NCBI GenBank assembly: GCA_050506795.1
Contig: JBJHCF010000003.1
Coordinates: forward strand, 64,001-128,000
Source: Opitutia bacterium
Lineage (GTDB): Bacteria; Verrucomicrobiota; Verrucomicrobiia; Opitutales; T3Sed10-336
DNA length: 64,000 nucleotides
Reading direction: 5' to 3'
The number at the start of each line of letters is the position of its first letter. Positions within the stretch are counted from its first letter, which is position 1. Shown piece by piece: positions 21,775 through 31,900 of the stretch. The notes under the pieces are model-generated. The model was not told the origin of the DNA and ran no database searches. It saw nothing but the letters and a program-made list of their open reading frames with translations. Both the position numbers and the translations under genes were made by a program.

Positions 21775-22716
21775 ATGTTTGGATTCTACAAAAAGTTCAA
21801 GGAAGGTCTGTCCAAGACCACTCGTCAGTTGTTCGGTTCGGTGGGCGGGCTGTTCGGTTCGCGTAAACTGGACGCCGATTCCATCGACTCCCTGGAGGAG
21901 GCCCTCTACGGCGCCGATTTCGGAGTGGAGACCACCGAGGAAATCGTCGAAGAGATCCAATCCGCTTTCCGCCGGGAAAAGGAACTCCGCACCCGCGACG
22001 CCTCGTCGATCGGCGCCACCGTTTTGCGCCGTGTCCTGCAGGGTTCGGAGGTGGATTTGGGTTTGGCGTCGGCCGTGCCTACGGTGGTCATTCTGTTAGG
22101 AGTCAACGGCAGCGGGAAAACCACCACCACCGCGAAGATCGGGCACAAACTGAAGGAGGACGGCAAGAGTGTGCTCATTGCCGCCTGCGATACCTTCCGC
22201 GCCGCCGCCAACGAACAGCTCAAGTCCTGGTGTGATCGGCTGGGGTTGGACCTGGTGACCAGTCAGCACGGGGCCGACGCCGCGGCAGTGGCCTTCGACG
22301 CCTGGCAGGCGGCCAAGAGCCGGGGCAAGGATTTTCTGCTCATCGACACCGCCGGAAGGCTCCACAACAAGGCCAACCTCATGGCCGAGTTGGCGAAGAT
22401 TCGACGGGTGTTGCAGCGACACGACCCGGAGGCGCCGCACCATTCCATTCTGGTCGCCGACGGCAGCCTGGGTTCCAATTCCATCGAGCAGGCGAGGGTG
22501 TTCCACAAGGAGTTTGGTCTGACCGGTCTGGTGGTGACCAAACTGGACGGCACCAGCCGCGGCGGTGCTTTGGTCGGGATTTTCCGTGAACTTCGCCTCC
22601 CCGTTTATTTTCTGGGTCTCGGTGAACGGGAGGAGGATCTCCAGCCGTTCACCGTGAATAATTACGTCGACGCCATTTTTCCAGTCGAAACCGCCGAAGT
22701 GGAAGGCCGGGAGTAG
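21775..22716 (+). CDS. ftsY: SRP receptor FtsY
   Basis: GVNGSGKTTT, DTFRAAANEQL, DTAGRLH, TKLDGTSRGG. Confidence 0.96.
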   Translation: MFGFYKKFKEGLSKTTRQLFGSVGGLFGSRKLDADSIDSLEEALYGADFGVETTEEIVEEIQSAFRREKELRTRDASSIGATVLRRVLQGSEVDLGLASAVPTVVILLGVNGSGKTTTTAKIGHKLKEDGKSVLIAACDTFRAAANEQLKSWCDRLGLDLVTSQHGADAAAVAFDAWQAAKSRGKDFLLIDTAGRLHNKANLMAELAKIRRVLQRHDPEAPHHSILVADGSLGSNSIEQARVFHKEFGLTGLVVTKLDGTSRGGALVGIFRELRLPVYFLGLGEREEDLQPFTVNNYVDAIFPVETAEVEGRE

Positions 22717-22719
22717 GCC

Positions 22720-22931
22720 GAATGGCGCCCGGTTAAGGCGGTGGATCGAAGGAGCTTGGCTCAATCGGATCGGCCGTTCCCGTGGAGGGCCATGCTCCCG
22801 CATGGCCGTCGTTTTGGGAGCGCGGGCATCCTGCCCGCACCGGCTGGGCGGGAGCGCCGCCCTCCAGGAAACAGAAGCGCGATTTCGATTCGGTTTATCA
22901 ATCGAAAAACGGTCTTTTATGAGTGCCATTC
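22720..22931. mobile_element. MITE-like element with degenerate IS4-like ends carrying REP-like palindromes
   Basis: Ends gaatggcgcccggttaagg ... gagtgccattc; flanks ggagtaggcc / ggaataggtc (8/10 direct repeat); first 24 nt are 21/24 identical to the element at 41034. Confidence 0.65.
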
Positions 22932-22941
22932 GGAATAGGTC

Positions 22942-23451
22942 TCAATCCATGAACGCCCAGAGGATCCGCCGGCTTTTCTGATCGAGGCCTTCCGGGTCCG
23001 CGACTCGGTAGAGGTCGCCGGCGATGTCGCGGATCAGCAGGCTTCCATCGGGCAGAGGGCGCGGCCAGTCGTCGAGTTTGGTTTGAAACCGGCGCTTGCC
23101 TTCCCGAGTGGTCACCTTCCATACCCGCAACTCGAAATCGGGATCGGCTGATTCGATTTCGGTTATGGTAAAAACAAAACGGGTGTCGTCCGCCAGGGCT
23201 TGCAGGGCCGCGCGGGAGGCGCCGTCCAACTCTGCCGGGTCTTCGATCAGGACGAGCTCGTTTTTTTTCTCGTCCCGCAACGACAGGTAGCGCCCGGGCG
23301 CGCTCCAGGGGAAACAGAGGTGCAGGTTGACCCGAATTTCCTTTTCGTCGCCGCGTCGGAACCAGACGGTGCCATCGTCGTCCCGGCGGAGCCGGAACGC
23401 GCTTTCACCGGTGGGTTCGTTCACTTGTGTTGATTCGTTTGTGTCGTTCAT
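22942..23451 (-). CDS. DUF1854-like protein
   Basis: CFPWSAPGRYLSL, WKVTTREGKRRF, LIRDIAGDLYRV; translationally coupled to the upstream ABC gene. Confidence 0.75.
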   Translation of the reverse strand: MNDTNESTQVNEPTGESAFRLRRDDDGTVWFRRGDEKEIRVNLHLCFPWSAPGRYLSLRDEKKNELVLIEDPAELDGASRAALQALADDTRFVFTITEIESADPDFELRVWKVTTREGKRRFQTKLDDWPRPLPDGSLLIRDIAGDLYRVADPEGLDQKSRRILWAFMD

Positions 23452-25730
23452 ACCGCGTACATTTCGTGCAGTTCGCGCTGCATGTCGTGCAGTTTCCGAT
23501 ACACGCCGTCGGGGTTGGCCAGCAGCGCTTCGTGGGTTCCCTGCTCGACGAGTTGTCCGTCCTTGATGACAAAAAGGCGGGAGGCCCGGGTCAGGGTGGA
23601 GAGGCGGTGGGCGATGGCGAACACCGTCCGTCCAGCCACCAAACGGTCCAGGGCTTCCTGGATTTTGCGTTCGGTCTCGGTGTCGACGCTGCTGGTGGCT
23701 TCGTCGAGAATGAGGATTCTCGGGTTGTGCAGAATGGCCCGGGCGATGGAGATCCGCTGGCGCTCGCCGCCGGAAAGGGTGTGACCGCGTTCGCCGACGA
23801 TGGTGTCGTACCCGTGCGCCAGTTTGCAGATGAAGTCGTGGGCGTTGGCCGCCCGCGCCGCCGCCACCACCTGATCGATGGAGGCGCCGTGCAAGCCGTA
23901 GCGGATGTTGTCCAGGATGCTCCCGTGAAACAGATAAGGGTCCTGCAGGACCATGCCGATGCGTTCGCGGTAGCGGCCGGAATCGACCTCGCGGAGATCG
24001 TGCCCGTCGATGGTGATGCGTCCGCCGGTGGGATCGTAGAAGCGGGCCACCAGGTTGATGATGGTGGTTTTGCCGGAGCCGGAAGGCCCCACCAGACCGA
24101 TCATCTCGCCGGGACGGACGTCGAACGAAATCCCCTTGAGCACCGGGCGCACCGGGTCATAGGCGAAGGACACGTTTTCAAAAGTCACCTCGCCGCGAAT
24201 CTCTTCCAGAGGGACCGGTTCCGGCTGGTCGGTCAGGTCCGGCTCGGTGTCGAGGACTTCAAAAATCCGGTGGGCCGAGCTGACCGAACGGTTGATCATG
24301 CGCGACATCTGGCCGAACACTTCGATCGGCTGAAAGAACATGCCCAGGTAGAGCAGGAACGACACGAAGGTTCCGGCGGTGAGGGTCGGTTCGTCGCCGA
24401 GGATGCGGGGCAGGGCAAAAAACCACACCGCCACCGTCATGGCGTGGACCAGCAGCAGCAGGAAAGGCCAGAACGCCGTCCAATGGTGGTGGATACGGAA
24501 AAACTCGTCGGTGACCGTGCGGTTGCGCTCTCCGAAACGCCCTTTTTCGTAGGTGCTCTGATTGAACGCCTTGACCACCCGGATGCCTGGAATGGTATCG
24601 GAAAGGACATCGGTCAGGTTGGACCACTTCCGCCAGGCTCGCAAAAACATGCGCTGCATGCCGCGTCCGTTGCGGTAGATGAGGTAGAGCATCAAAGGCA
24701 CCGGCAACGCCATGAGCAGCCCGAGTTGCCAGTCGAGGAAGATGAGCACTCCGCCCAGTCCGATCAGCATGAGGAGCGACAGGGAAACCTCCACCACGCC
24801 GAAAGCGATGAAGTCCCAGATCCGGTCGGTGTCGGAGCTCACCCGGCTGATGATGCTCCCGGTCTGTTTGGAGGAGAAATAACTGACGCTCAGCTTGTGC
24901 AGGTGTTCGTAGAGGTCGTTGCGCAGGTCGCGGGCCACGTGTTCCCCCAAAACCGCCATTTTGCGCAAGCGTATCCAGGTCATGGTTTCGCGGGTGATAA
25001 AGACCGCGGCCAGGCCGGCGATGGTGACCAGCGCCATGCGGGCGGCATCCGACTGCGAGAGCGAGCCGTCCTGGAACGGACGGATTACGTTGTCGATGAT
25101 GTAACCCGTCAGGTAGGGCGGCACCAGCCCGACCAGGGTCATCGCGGAGGCGGCCAGCATGCCGATGACCACCTGTTTGCGGTACGGTCTCAGGTAGCCG
25201 AGCAGGCGCCAGACGATGGCGGCGCGATTGGAGGCCACGCTGGCCTGGGCTTCGCGGATCGGCTGGGCGATGCCTTCGGCGTACACGGCGTCGGCGGCCT
25301 CATGCTCGGGGGTTTTCCCCTCGACTCGTTGTCGCAGCACATAGAGCAGGGCGCCCATGGCCCGCCGCTGGCGCTGGGAGTAGCGAAACTCGGCCAATGC
25401 GGGTTCGTCGGGCGCAGTGATCAAGGTGACCTTGGTGCAGGTCAATCCGGGCGATTCCTTGACCTCCCGGATTCGGGAGATGTCGATCAACCGGAGGTCG
25501 ATCGTTTCTCCGGACCCGTTTTCCCGGCGCAGGGCCAGTTGGTCCGGACCGAGGGCGACCCAGTCGGTGCGCAGGCGCAGCGCCGGGTCCAGGTCCGCGA
25601 GAGCGTAAAGCTGGACCGGGCCGTTTCCCCAGGCCGATTCGATTTCGCGGCGGATTTCCGGCGGCAGCGTGTCCGGTTGGCCGGTGTAGCGATTGATGAT
25701 CTGGCGGTTGCGTTCGGTTCGTGCGGTCAC
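23448..25730 (-). CDS. ABC exporter, fused TMD + ATPase with N-terminal extension (DUF1854-associated type)
   Basis: GPSGSGKTT, LSGGERQR, ILDEATSS; ~6 TM helices; GTG start at 25730 inferred. Confidence 0.9.
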   Translation of the reverse strand: MTARTERNRQIINRYTGQPDTLPPEIRREIESAWGNGPVQLYALADLDPALRLRTDWVALGPDQLALRRENGSGETIDLRLIDISRIREVKESPGLTCTKVTLITAPDEPALAEFRYSQRQRRAMGALLYVLRQRVEGKTPEHEAADAVYAEGIAQPIREAQASVASNRAAIVWRLLGYLRPYRKQVVIGMLAASAMTLVGLVPPYLTGYIIDNVIRPFQDGSLSQSDAARMALVTIAGLAAVFITRETMTWIRLRKMAVLGEHVARDLRNDLYEHLHKLSVSYFSSKQTGSIISRVSSDTDRIWDFIAFGVVEVSLSLLMLIGLGGVLIFLDWQLGLLMALPVPLMLYLIYRNGRGMQRMFLRAWRKWSNLTDVLSDTIPGIRVVKAFNQSTYEKGRFGERNRTVTDEFFRIHHHWTAFWPFLLLLVHAMTVAVWFFALPRILGDEPTLTAGTFVSFLLYLGMFFQPIEVFGQMSRMINRSVSSAHRIFEVLDTEPDLTDQPEPVPLEEIRGEVTFENVSFAYDPVRPVLKGISFDVRPGEMIGLVGPSGSGKTTIINLVARFYDPTGGRITIDGHDLREVDSGRYRERIGMVLQDPYLFHGSILDNIRYGLHGASIDQVVAAARAANAHDFICKLAHGYDTIVGERGHTLSGGERQRISIARAILHNPRILILDEATSSVDTETERKIQEALDRLVAGRTVFAIAHRLSTLTRASRLFVIKDGQLVEQGTHEALLANPDGVYRKLHDMQRELHEMYAV

Positions 25731-26205
25731 GGGATTTTTGGAGAAAAGTGAGACGGGAAAAGGGGAAAAATACGGAAACGGCCAAAGCCTCCAAAGGGAG
25801 ATGCCTGCCGCCGGACGCAAGAAAGGGCGCGGCGGTCGTCTGACGTCGCCGGCCTCGGATGGGTGTGGGTGGGAGAGGGGTTAGGGAGTCAGAATCGTCG
25901 TTCTGAAAAAAAGGATACCCACGCCATCGGAAGCCGTTTCGCAAGGCGAATGAAATTGTGCGAATGATTGTTGATCATGTTACGGCCTCCTGATTCTTCG
26001 GGGGTAGGCGTAAGATGGCAGCACAACTCCGTCCCGTTGGCAAGAGGGAATTTTAATCGCTTTGCGGAAGTTATATGGGAGCAATCCGAAGTTGATGGGA
26101 GACGGCAGATTGAAGGGGTCTCCTGCTTGGGGAAAGGCGGGGTTTTAAGGGTCCCCTTTGTGCAATACTCCGGGGACCCGTGCTGAAAAAATCAACACCT
26201 TTGAG

Positions 26206-27366
26206 TTATTTCACAGGCGTCCACTTTTGATCGCTTTTAGCGGATGCAATGACCGTTTCGATGAATTGCATGCCCCGAAGCCCGTCTTTTGCCGTCGGGA
26301 AATCGAGCACTTCGGATGACGGTTTCTCACCCTGCATTCGACTGCCCAGCGTGTGTGCGAAGTTCCGGTATATGTTGGCAAACGCCTCGATATAGCCTTC
26401 CGGATGGCCGCCCGGCACCCGCGTGTTGTGCATGGCGGCGTCACATAGATAGCCGCCGTGATCGACGCCGGTCCGGTAGACTTCCGCGGGACGATCCAGG
26501 TGCTTTACCAGAAGGGTGTTGGGATCGTGCTGATGCCACTCGATGCCTCCCTTTTCTCCGTAGATGAAGATCCTGAGAGCGTTTTCTTCGCCCGCGCTTA
26601 TCTGGGAGGCATGCATTACACCGCGGGCGCCGTTTTCAAAACGTAGCAGGACGTTGACATCGTCGTCCAGCGCCCGGCCTGCGACATGAGTTGTCAGATC
26701 GGCGCAGATTTCGGAAATGCGCAATCCTGTTATGTATTCGGCGAGGTTTTCGGCATGAGAACCGATATCGCCCATTGCCCCCGCCGGTCCGGCTTTCTTG
26801 GGATCCGTGCGCCAGGTTGCCTGCTGGACGGTCCCTTCAAGTTTAGTCGAGAGCCATCCCTGCGGATATTCGACAACCACCTTGCGGATCTTACCCAGAT
26901 CTCCGTTGCGGACCATATGGCGAGCCTGCTTGACCATGGGATATCCGGTATAAGTATGCGTTACGGCAAACTCAAGGCCGGTCTTTTCGGCCAAAGCAAC
27001 CAGTTCGGCGGCCTCTTCACTGGTGACTGTCATCGGTTTTTCACTGACGACGTGAAAGCCGTTTTCAAGGGCGGCCTTGGCGACTGGAAAATGAACATGG
27101 TTTGGTGTGACGATTGACACGAAATCCATACGTTCGCCTTCGGGCAGCTTCTTCTCCGCCGCGAACAGCTCCTGGTAGGTTCCGTAAACCCGGTCGTCCG
27201 GCAGGAAAAACAGTTTTCCGGCTTCTTTGGATTTCTCCGGATCAATGTCGAACGCCCCGCAGACCAGTTCAATCTGGCCGTCCATGGCAGCTGCCTTGCG
27301 ATGTACTTCTCCGATGAAAGCTCCAATGCCTCCACCGACCATTCCCATTTTGATTTTTCGTTTCAT
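26206..27366 (-). CDS. Gfo/Idh/MocA family oxidoreductase
   Basis: GMVGGGIGAFIG, VTPNHVH, SEKPM, GDIGSH, PGGHPEGYIEAFANIY. Confidence 0.92.
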   Translation of the reverse strand: MKRKIKMGMVGGGIGAFIGEVHRKAAAMDGQIELVCGAFDIDPEKSKEAGKLFFLPDDRVYGTYQELFAAEKKLPEGERMDFVSIVTPNHVHFPVAKAALENGFHVVSEKPMTVTSEEAAELVALAEKTGLEFAVTHTYTGYPMVKQARHMVRNGDLGKIRKVVVEYPQGWLSTKLEGTVQQATWRTDPKKAGPAGAMGDIGSHAENLAEYITGLRISEICADLTTHVAGRALDDDVNVLLRFENGARGVMHASQISAGEENALRIFIYGEKGGIEWHQHDPNTLLVKHLDRPAEVYRTGVDHGGYLCDAAMHNTRVPGGHPEGYIEAFANIYRNFAHTLGSRMQGEKPSSEVLDFPTAKDGLRGMQFIETVIASAKSDQKWTPVK

Positions 27367-27886
27367 GATTTCAATATTTCTATCGGTTAATGTTATTCTA
27401 ATGAATGCAAATCTATTCGATGTGCAGGTTGAAATGATTCTCTTCTTCCGGTGAATGCGGCATTCTTTGGGTTAGGCCCGTCAACGCCAATAGACCGGAT
27501 GTAAAGGCCTTTCTGTCATTCCCCGAGTTGAATAGGGGTTGTCGGATTCCGGGCCTTCGCGTTTGATTCTGGCAACACCGTGAAAACATTCGGTTATGCT
27601 CGTAATCACGAGAATTAATTGTTATGTTGATTGAGTATTTTCGATGCGGCGCGAATACATCATGGTATTCCAGTGCCTGTCAATCCTTCAACGCCGCGAA
27701 GACGTTTACGACCGGGGTTTGCGGCTTATCTGGTAAGAAACCTCAGTGTGTGGGGGAAGTCCGGAAGTCGCGGGTTTGTGTTCGTTTTTTCGTGACGTTT
27801 TCCACTGGATTGGCAAGATGGGCGAAATTCGATCGCCTCATGCCGAGGCGCCTTTCTTTCACCGAATACCTGAAACCCGAAGAATC

Positions 27887-28930
27887 ATGAAACGACCTGT
27901 CACACTCTTCACCGGCCAATGGGCTGATCTTTCGCTTAAGGAACTGGCGCCGCTCGCCGCGAAAATGGGTTACGACGGCCTGGAACTCGCCTGCTGGGGC
28001 GACCACTTCGATGTCGAGGAAGCCGCCGGCAGCGACCAATACTGTCAGGAGAAGTGGCAGCTTCTGAGCGATAACGGCCTCACGTGTTATTCCATTTCCA
28101 ACCACCTGGTGGGGCAGGCCGTTTGCGACAACATCGATGAACGGCACCAGGCCATTCTTCCCGAATCGGTGTGGGGCGATGGCGATCCCGAGGGCGTCCG
28201 CTCCCGGGCGGCCGAAACAATGATCACCACCGGACGAGCGTGCCGGAAGTTTTTCGACGCCAAGCCGGGCCGCCAGGGCAAGGATGATTTTCCGGCGGTG
28301 GTTAACGGGTTTACCGGATCCAGCATCTGGCACGCGCTTTACGCTTTTCCGCCGACCAACCAGGAATATCTTGAGAAAGGTTTCCAGGATTTCGCCAAGC
28401 GTTGGACCCCGATCCTTGAGGCGTACGACAAGGTGAATGTCAATTTCGCCCTGGAGGCGCATCCGACCGAAATCGCCTTCGATATCGCTTCGGCGCGTCG
28501 GGCGGTTGACGCCGTGAATGGGCACAAGCGTTTTGGGTTCAACTACGATCCTTCCCACCTCGGATACCAGGGTGTGGACTACGTCCGGTTCATTCGTGAA
28601 TTCGCGGATCGGATCTACCACGTTCACATGAAGGACGCCTGGTGGGGGCACGGCGACGGCGCGGTGGGGGTTTTCGGCGGGCACACCGATTTCGGCGATC
28701 CCCGGCGGTATTGGGATTTTCGGTCCGTGGGGCGCGGCGACATCAATTTCGAAGAGGTGATTGTGGCGCTCAACGACATCGGTTACTCGGGCCCGCTTTC
28801 CGTCGAATGGGAGGACATACGCATGGACCGGGTGCATGGCGCCACCGAAGCGGCGGAACACGTGCGGCAAATCGATTTTCCCCGGAGCGATATCGCGTTC
28901 GACGCCGCCTTCGACAAGTCCGCGCAATAA
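27887..28930 (+). CDS. Sugar phosphate isomerase/epimerase (xylose-isomerase-like TIM barrel)
   Basis: [41 protein letters not shown]; start at ATG 27887. Confidence 0.9.
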   Translation: MKRPVTLFTGQWADLSLKELAPLAAKMGYDGLELACWGDHFDVEEAAGSDQYCQEKWQLLSDNGLTCYSISNHLVGQAVCDNIDERHQAILPESVWGDGDPEGVRSRAAETMITTGRACRKFFDAKPGRQGKDDFPAVVNGFTGSSIWHALYAFPPTNQEYLEKGFQDFAKRWTPILEAYDKVNVNFALEAHPTEIAFDIASARRAVDAVNGHKRFGFNYDPSHLGYQGVDYVRFIREFADRIYHVHMKDAWWGHGDGAVGVFGGHTDFGDPRRYWDFRSVGRGDINFEEVIVALNDIGYSGPLSVEWEDIRMDRVHGATEAAEHVRQIDFPRSDIAFDAAFDKSAQ

Positions 28931-28981
28931 GAAGAGTCGAGAACGATACCAATACTGCGGGTACGGAATTGGAATTCCTCT

Positions 28982-31900
28982 TTATTCCGGCAAGGTAACC
29001 TGAATTCTCAGGAATGCCCGGGGTGTTCCGCCCAGTTCAATCTCTACGGTGACCCACTCGAATTCGTTGTCACCGGCTGGAATTCTGGGCGGAACCTCCC
29101 GGATGCCGTTCGTGTTCCAGCCGTCGGTGAGCCGTGAACTCGTTTGTGGCGTATACAGTAAGTCATCAGCATCGATTCGTTCCGGATAGGTGAGCCGGAG
29201 GGTGTCGCCGGTTACGACCGGGCGGGGGAGATTGTGGCCGCCGGCGGGGAGGGCGGGGTCTAGGCCGAAGGCGTATTTGATCAGGTTGGACACGCCGTCG
29301 CCCAGCGGAGCCGCCCGGGGGCCGGAAACGGCGGGGTCGTTTCGCAGGTCGCCGGAAAAGTTGTGATTCCGCCAATCGTTGAACGTTCGGATCTCCGGTC
29401 CAACTTCCGGGCGGGCGGGAAGCGGGATGACCGGAGTCAGGGTGTGACGGGCGGTTGGCATTGGATAATCAGGGGTCATGTTTTCTATCAACACCCAGGC
29501 CTCATCCTCCGAGTTTCGGCCATACAGGCGCCACCGAACCGGATCCCTTCCCGCGGCGTCGTTGGCGGTGCCGAGTTGATAGGAATCGATTTCCACCACG
29601 GTCCCGAAATCGAAAAGGAGATGACTTCCTTCTTCATGGGCGCCGTGGAAGTCGAGCCATTTGGCGTCCTGGTCTCCCAGCAGGTTGGCCGGGCCCTCCG
29701 CCGATGGGTTGTTCCCCTTGGGATTTGTCACTTCGACCGCCTCCACCGGCTGTCCTTCGCGGTAGAAGAAGAACCGGGACAATTGCACCATGCCGGCGCC
29801 AGAATCGCGCAGGGCCGAATAATCGGGGAGGTCGAAGCGGAGGAACCGGTACGCGTGGGGATGCGGCTCACGGGAGCGCACCTTGACGGTGGCCGTGCGG
29901 GGTTCGTCATCGATTCCGACGGCCACCAGGGTGAAATCGGTGTCGGCGTTTTCCGCCGGAGTGATTTCCAGGGATCCCGAGGTGGCGACTTCTCCCAGGT
30001 CCGGATGCAGGCTGACGGTGGCGGCAAAGGCGGCTTCCCATTCCAGGGTGACGGACTCTCCGTTGCGAATGACGGTGAACTCGTGTCCCGGGGCCTGACC
30101 GATATGAAATCGGCTCACGATGGCGCCGGTGGGCAGATTGAAGGCGTCTGTTTCCAGGAAACGGGTGAACCGCGTTGTCGGGGTGGGAAACTCCTGAACC
30201 CGATCGAGCAGGATCCATTCGTTTTCATCGTTGCTGCCCTCCAGGGTCCAGGAAACCGGGTCTCGGTCGATCGCGTCGTTGGCGGTCCACATCATGTAGG
30301 CGTCCATGGGGGTCGTTTCGCCGAAATCGAAAATGAGCGGCGCCGGATTGCTGCCACCGAACCATTTTGTGTCCAGGTCGCCGTCGACCAGATTGGCGGG
30401 AGATTCATTACTGACTGGAGCGGGGCCGAGGACGTCCGGCAGATCCTTGAGTTGGTCGGCGCGGCGGCTTTCGAGGATGTCTTCGCCGTCGTGATAAAAG
30501 GTGAACTCCGAAAGTTGTACGCTCGAACTGCCCCGGGTGGCCAGCGGGGTCCAGCGGTAATAGCGGAAAGCCGGGGTCGAGGGATCCACCGCCGGGCGCT
30601 CCCGGGAGGTGACTCTGATGTCATCGAGACGCAGTTCGGCACGGGGTCCCGAGCCGGATAGGAAGTAATAGCGCCATTTGAGCTGTACCAGGGGCTGGTT
30701 CTCCAGAAGGCGGGGGAGGCGAATTGGTCCGAAGTGCTCGGTATGTCCTGCCTCGGCCTGTCGCCGGTATTCCAGCGGGCGTCCATCCTGGAAGAGATCG
30801 GACCATTTGCCCGCGGCGCCGATCCGGTAGCGCAGGCGCAGCGCGTACTCTCGCTCGTTGGGTTGGATGGTTGCGGCCAGCCAGCTGACGTCTATATCGG
30901 CGGCGTCGCGGGTGTCGAGTGCCAGCAGGGCGCCTCCCAGGTCGCGTCCCCGGCCGGTGTTTATAAAACTGATACCATCGGACCCGAGGGCGTTTATCCG
31001 GGTGCGCGAGAAGGCCGCGTAGGGGTAAATGACGTCCACCGGCTGCGCGGCGTCGCTTTCCGGAATGGCGTAGGCGTATTCAAGAACGTCGTCCAGCAGG
31101 GGATCGTTGCGATCGCTTTGCAGGAACAACATGTGCGCCGGATACTCTCCCGCCTGCATCGATGGCGACCAGAAATCAAACTCGTAATCCCCGGCGGCCA
31201 GGCGGTGGGGGGCCGGATACACCAGGACGCGGATTACCTGGGACACCGCGATGCCGTCTTCGTTGGCGGCTGTGATTACGAGATTCGTGCTGCCGCTACT
31301 CCGGCCCTCGACCCGGAGGTTGTGGCCCGCGATTTCGGCTGTGGCCACGCTTTCATCGCCGGAGGCGGCGGAAAACGAAAGTTGACCCGAATGGGAAAAG
31401 TGCTGGTGGAGGTCGATGGACGGAGCGGAATCGCCGGCGATGATTTCCTGGTTCGGGAGGATTGCGACCAGGACCGGTGGTGGGTTGGTTCCGGGCAGGG
31501 GCAATCCTTCCACGGTGAAATTGTCGAAACGATTATTGCCGGCGGTCCCGCCATCACCCGGTTCGAAGGTGATTCTCAATCCGAAGTTCGGGTTGTCTCC
31601 GGCGCCGGGACGGTCGCTGAAATCAAAGGTGTGGCGTGCTGGAACTCCGTTTTCGACTTCGATGACACGGAAGGTTTGAAACGTTTCGCCATCAAGGGTG
31701 TATTCCACCGTTTGGCGTCCGGCGCCTTGACCGGACCGGCGGGCTTCATAGCGAACGACGATGTTCTGGTAACCGGAGGTCGGGACTTCGACGGTGATGG
31801 CAGCCCCCACCGGATTGTTGACCCGCAGATGTTCGCCGACCTGAAATCCCAGTCGGGAGTTTTCTCCGGTGAAGTCCTGTCCGGTTCCGAAAACGAATTC

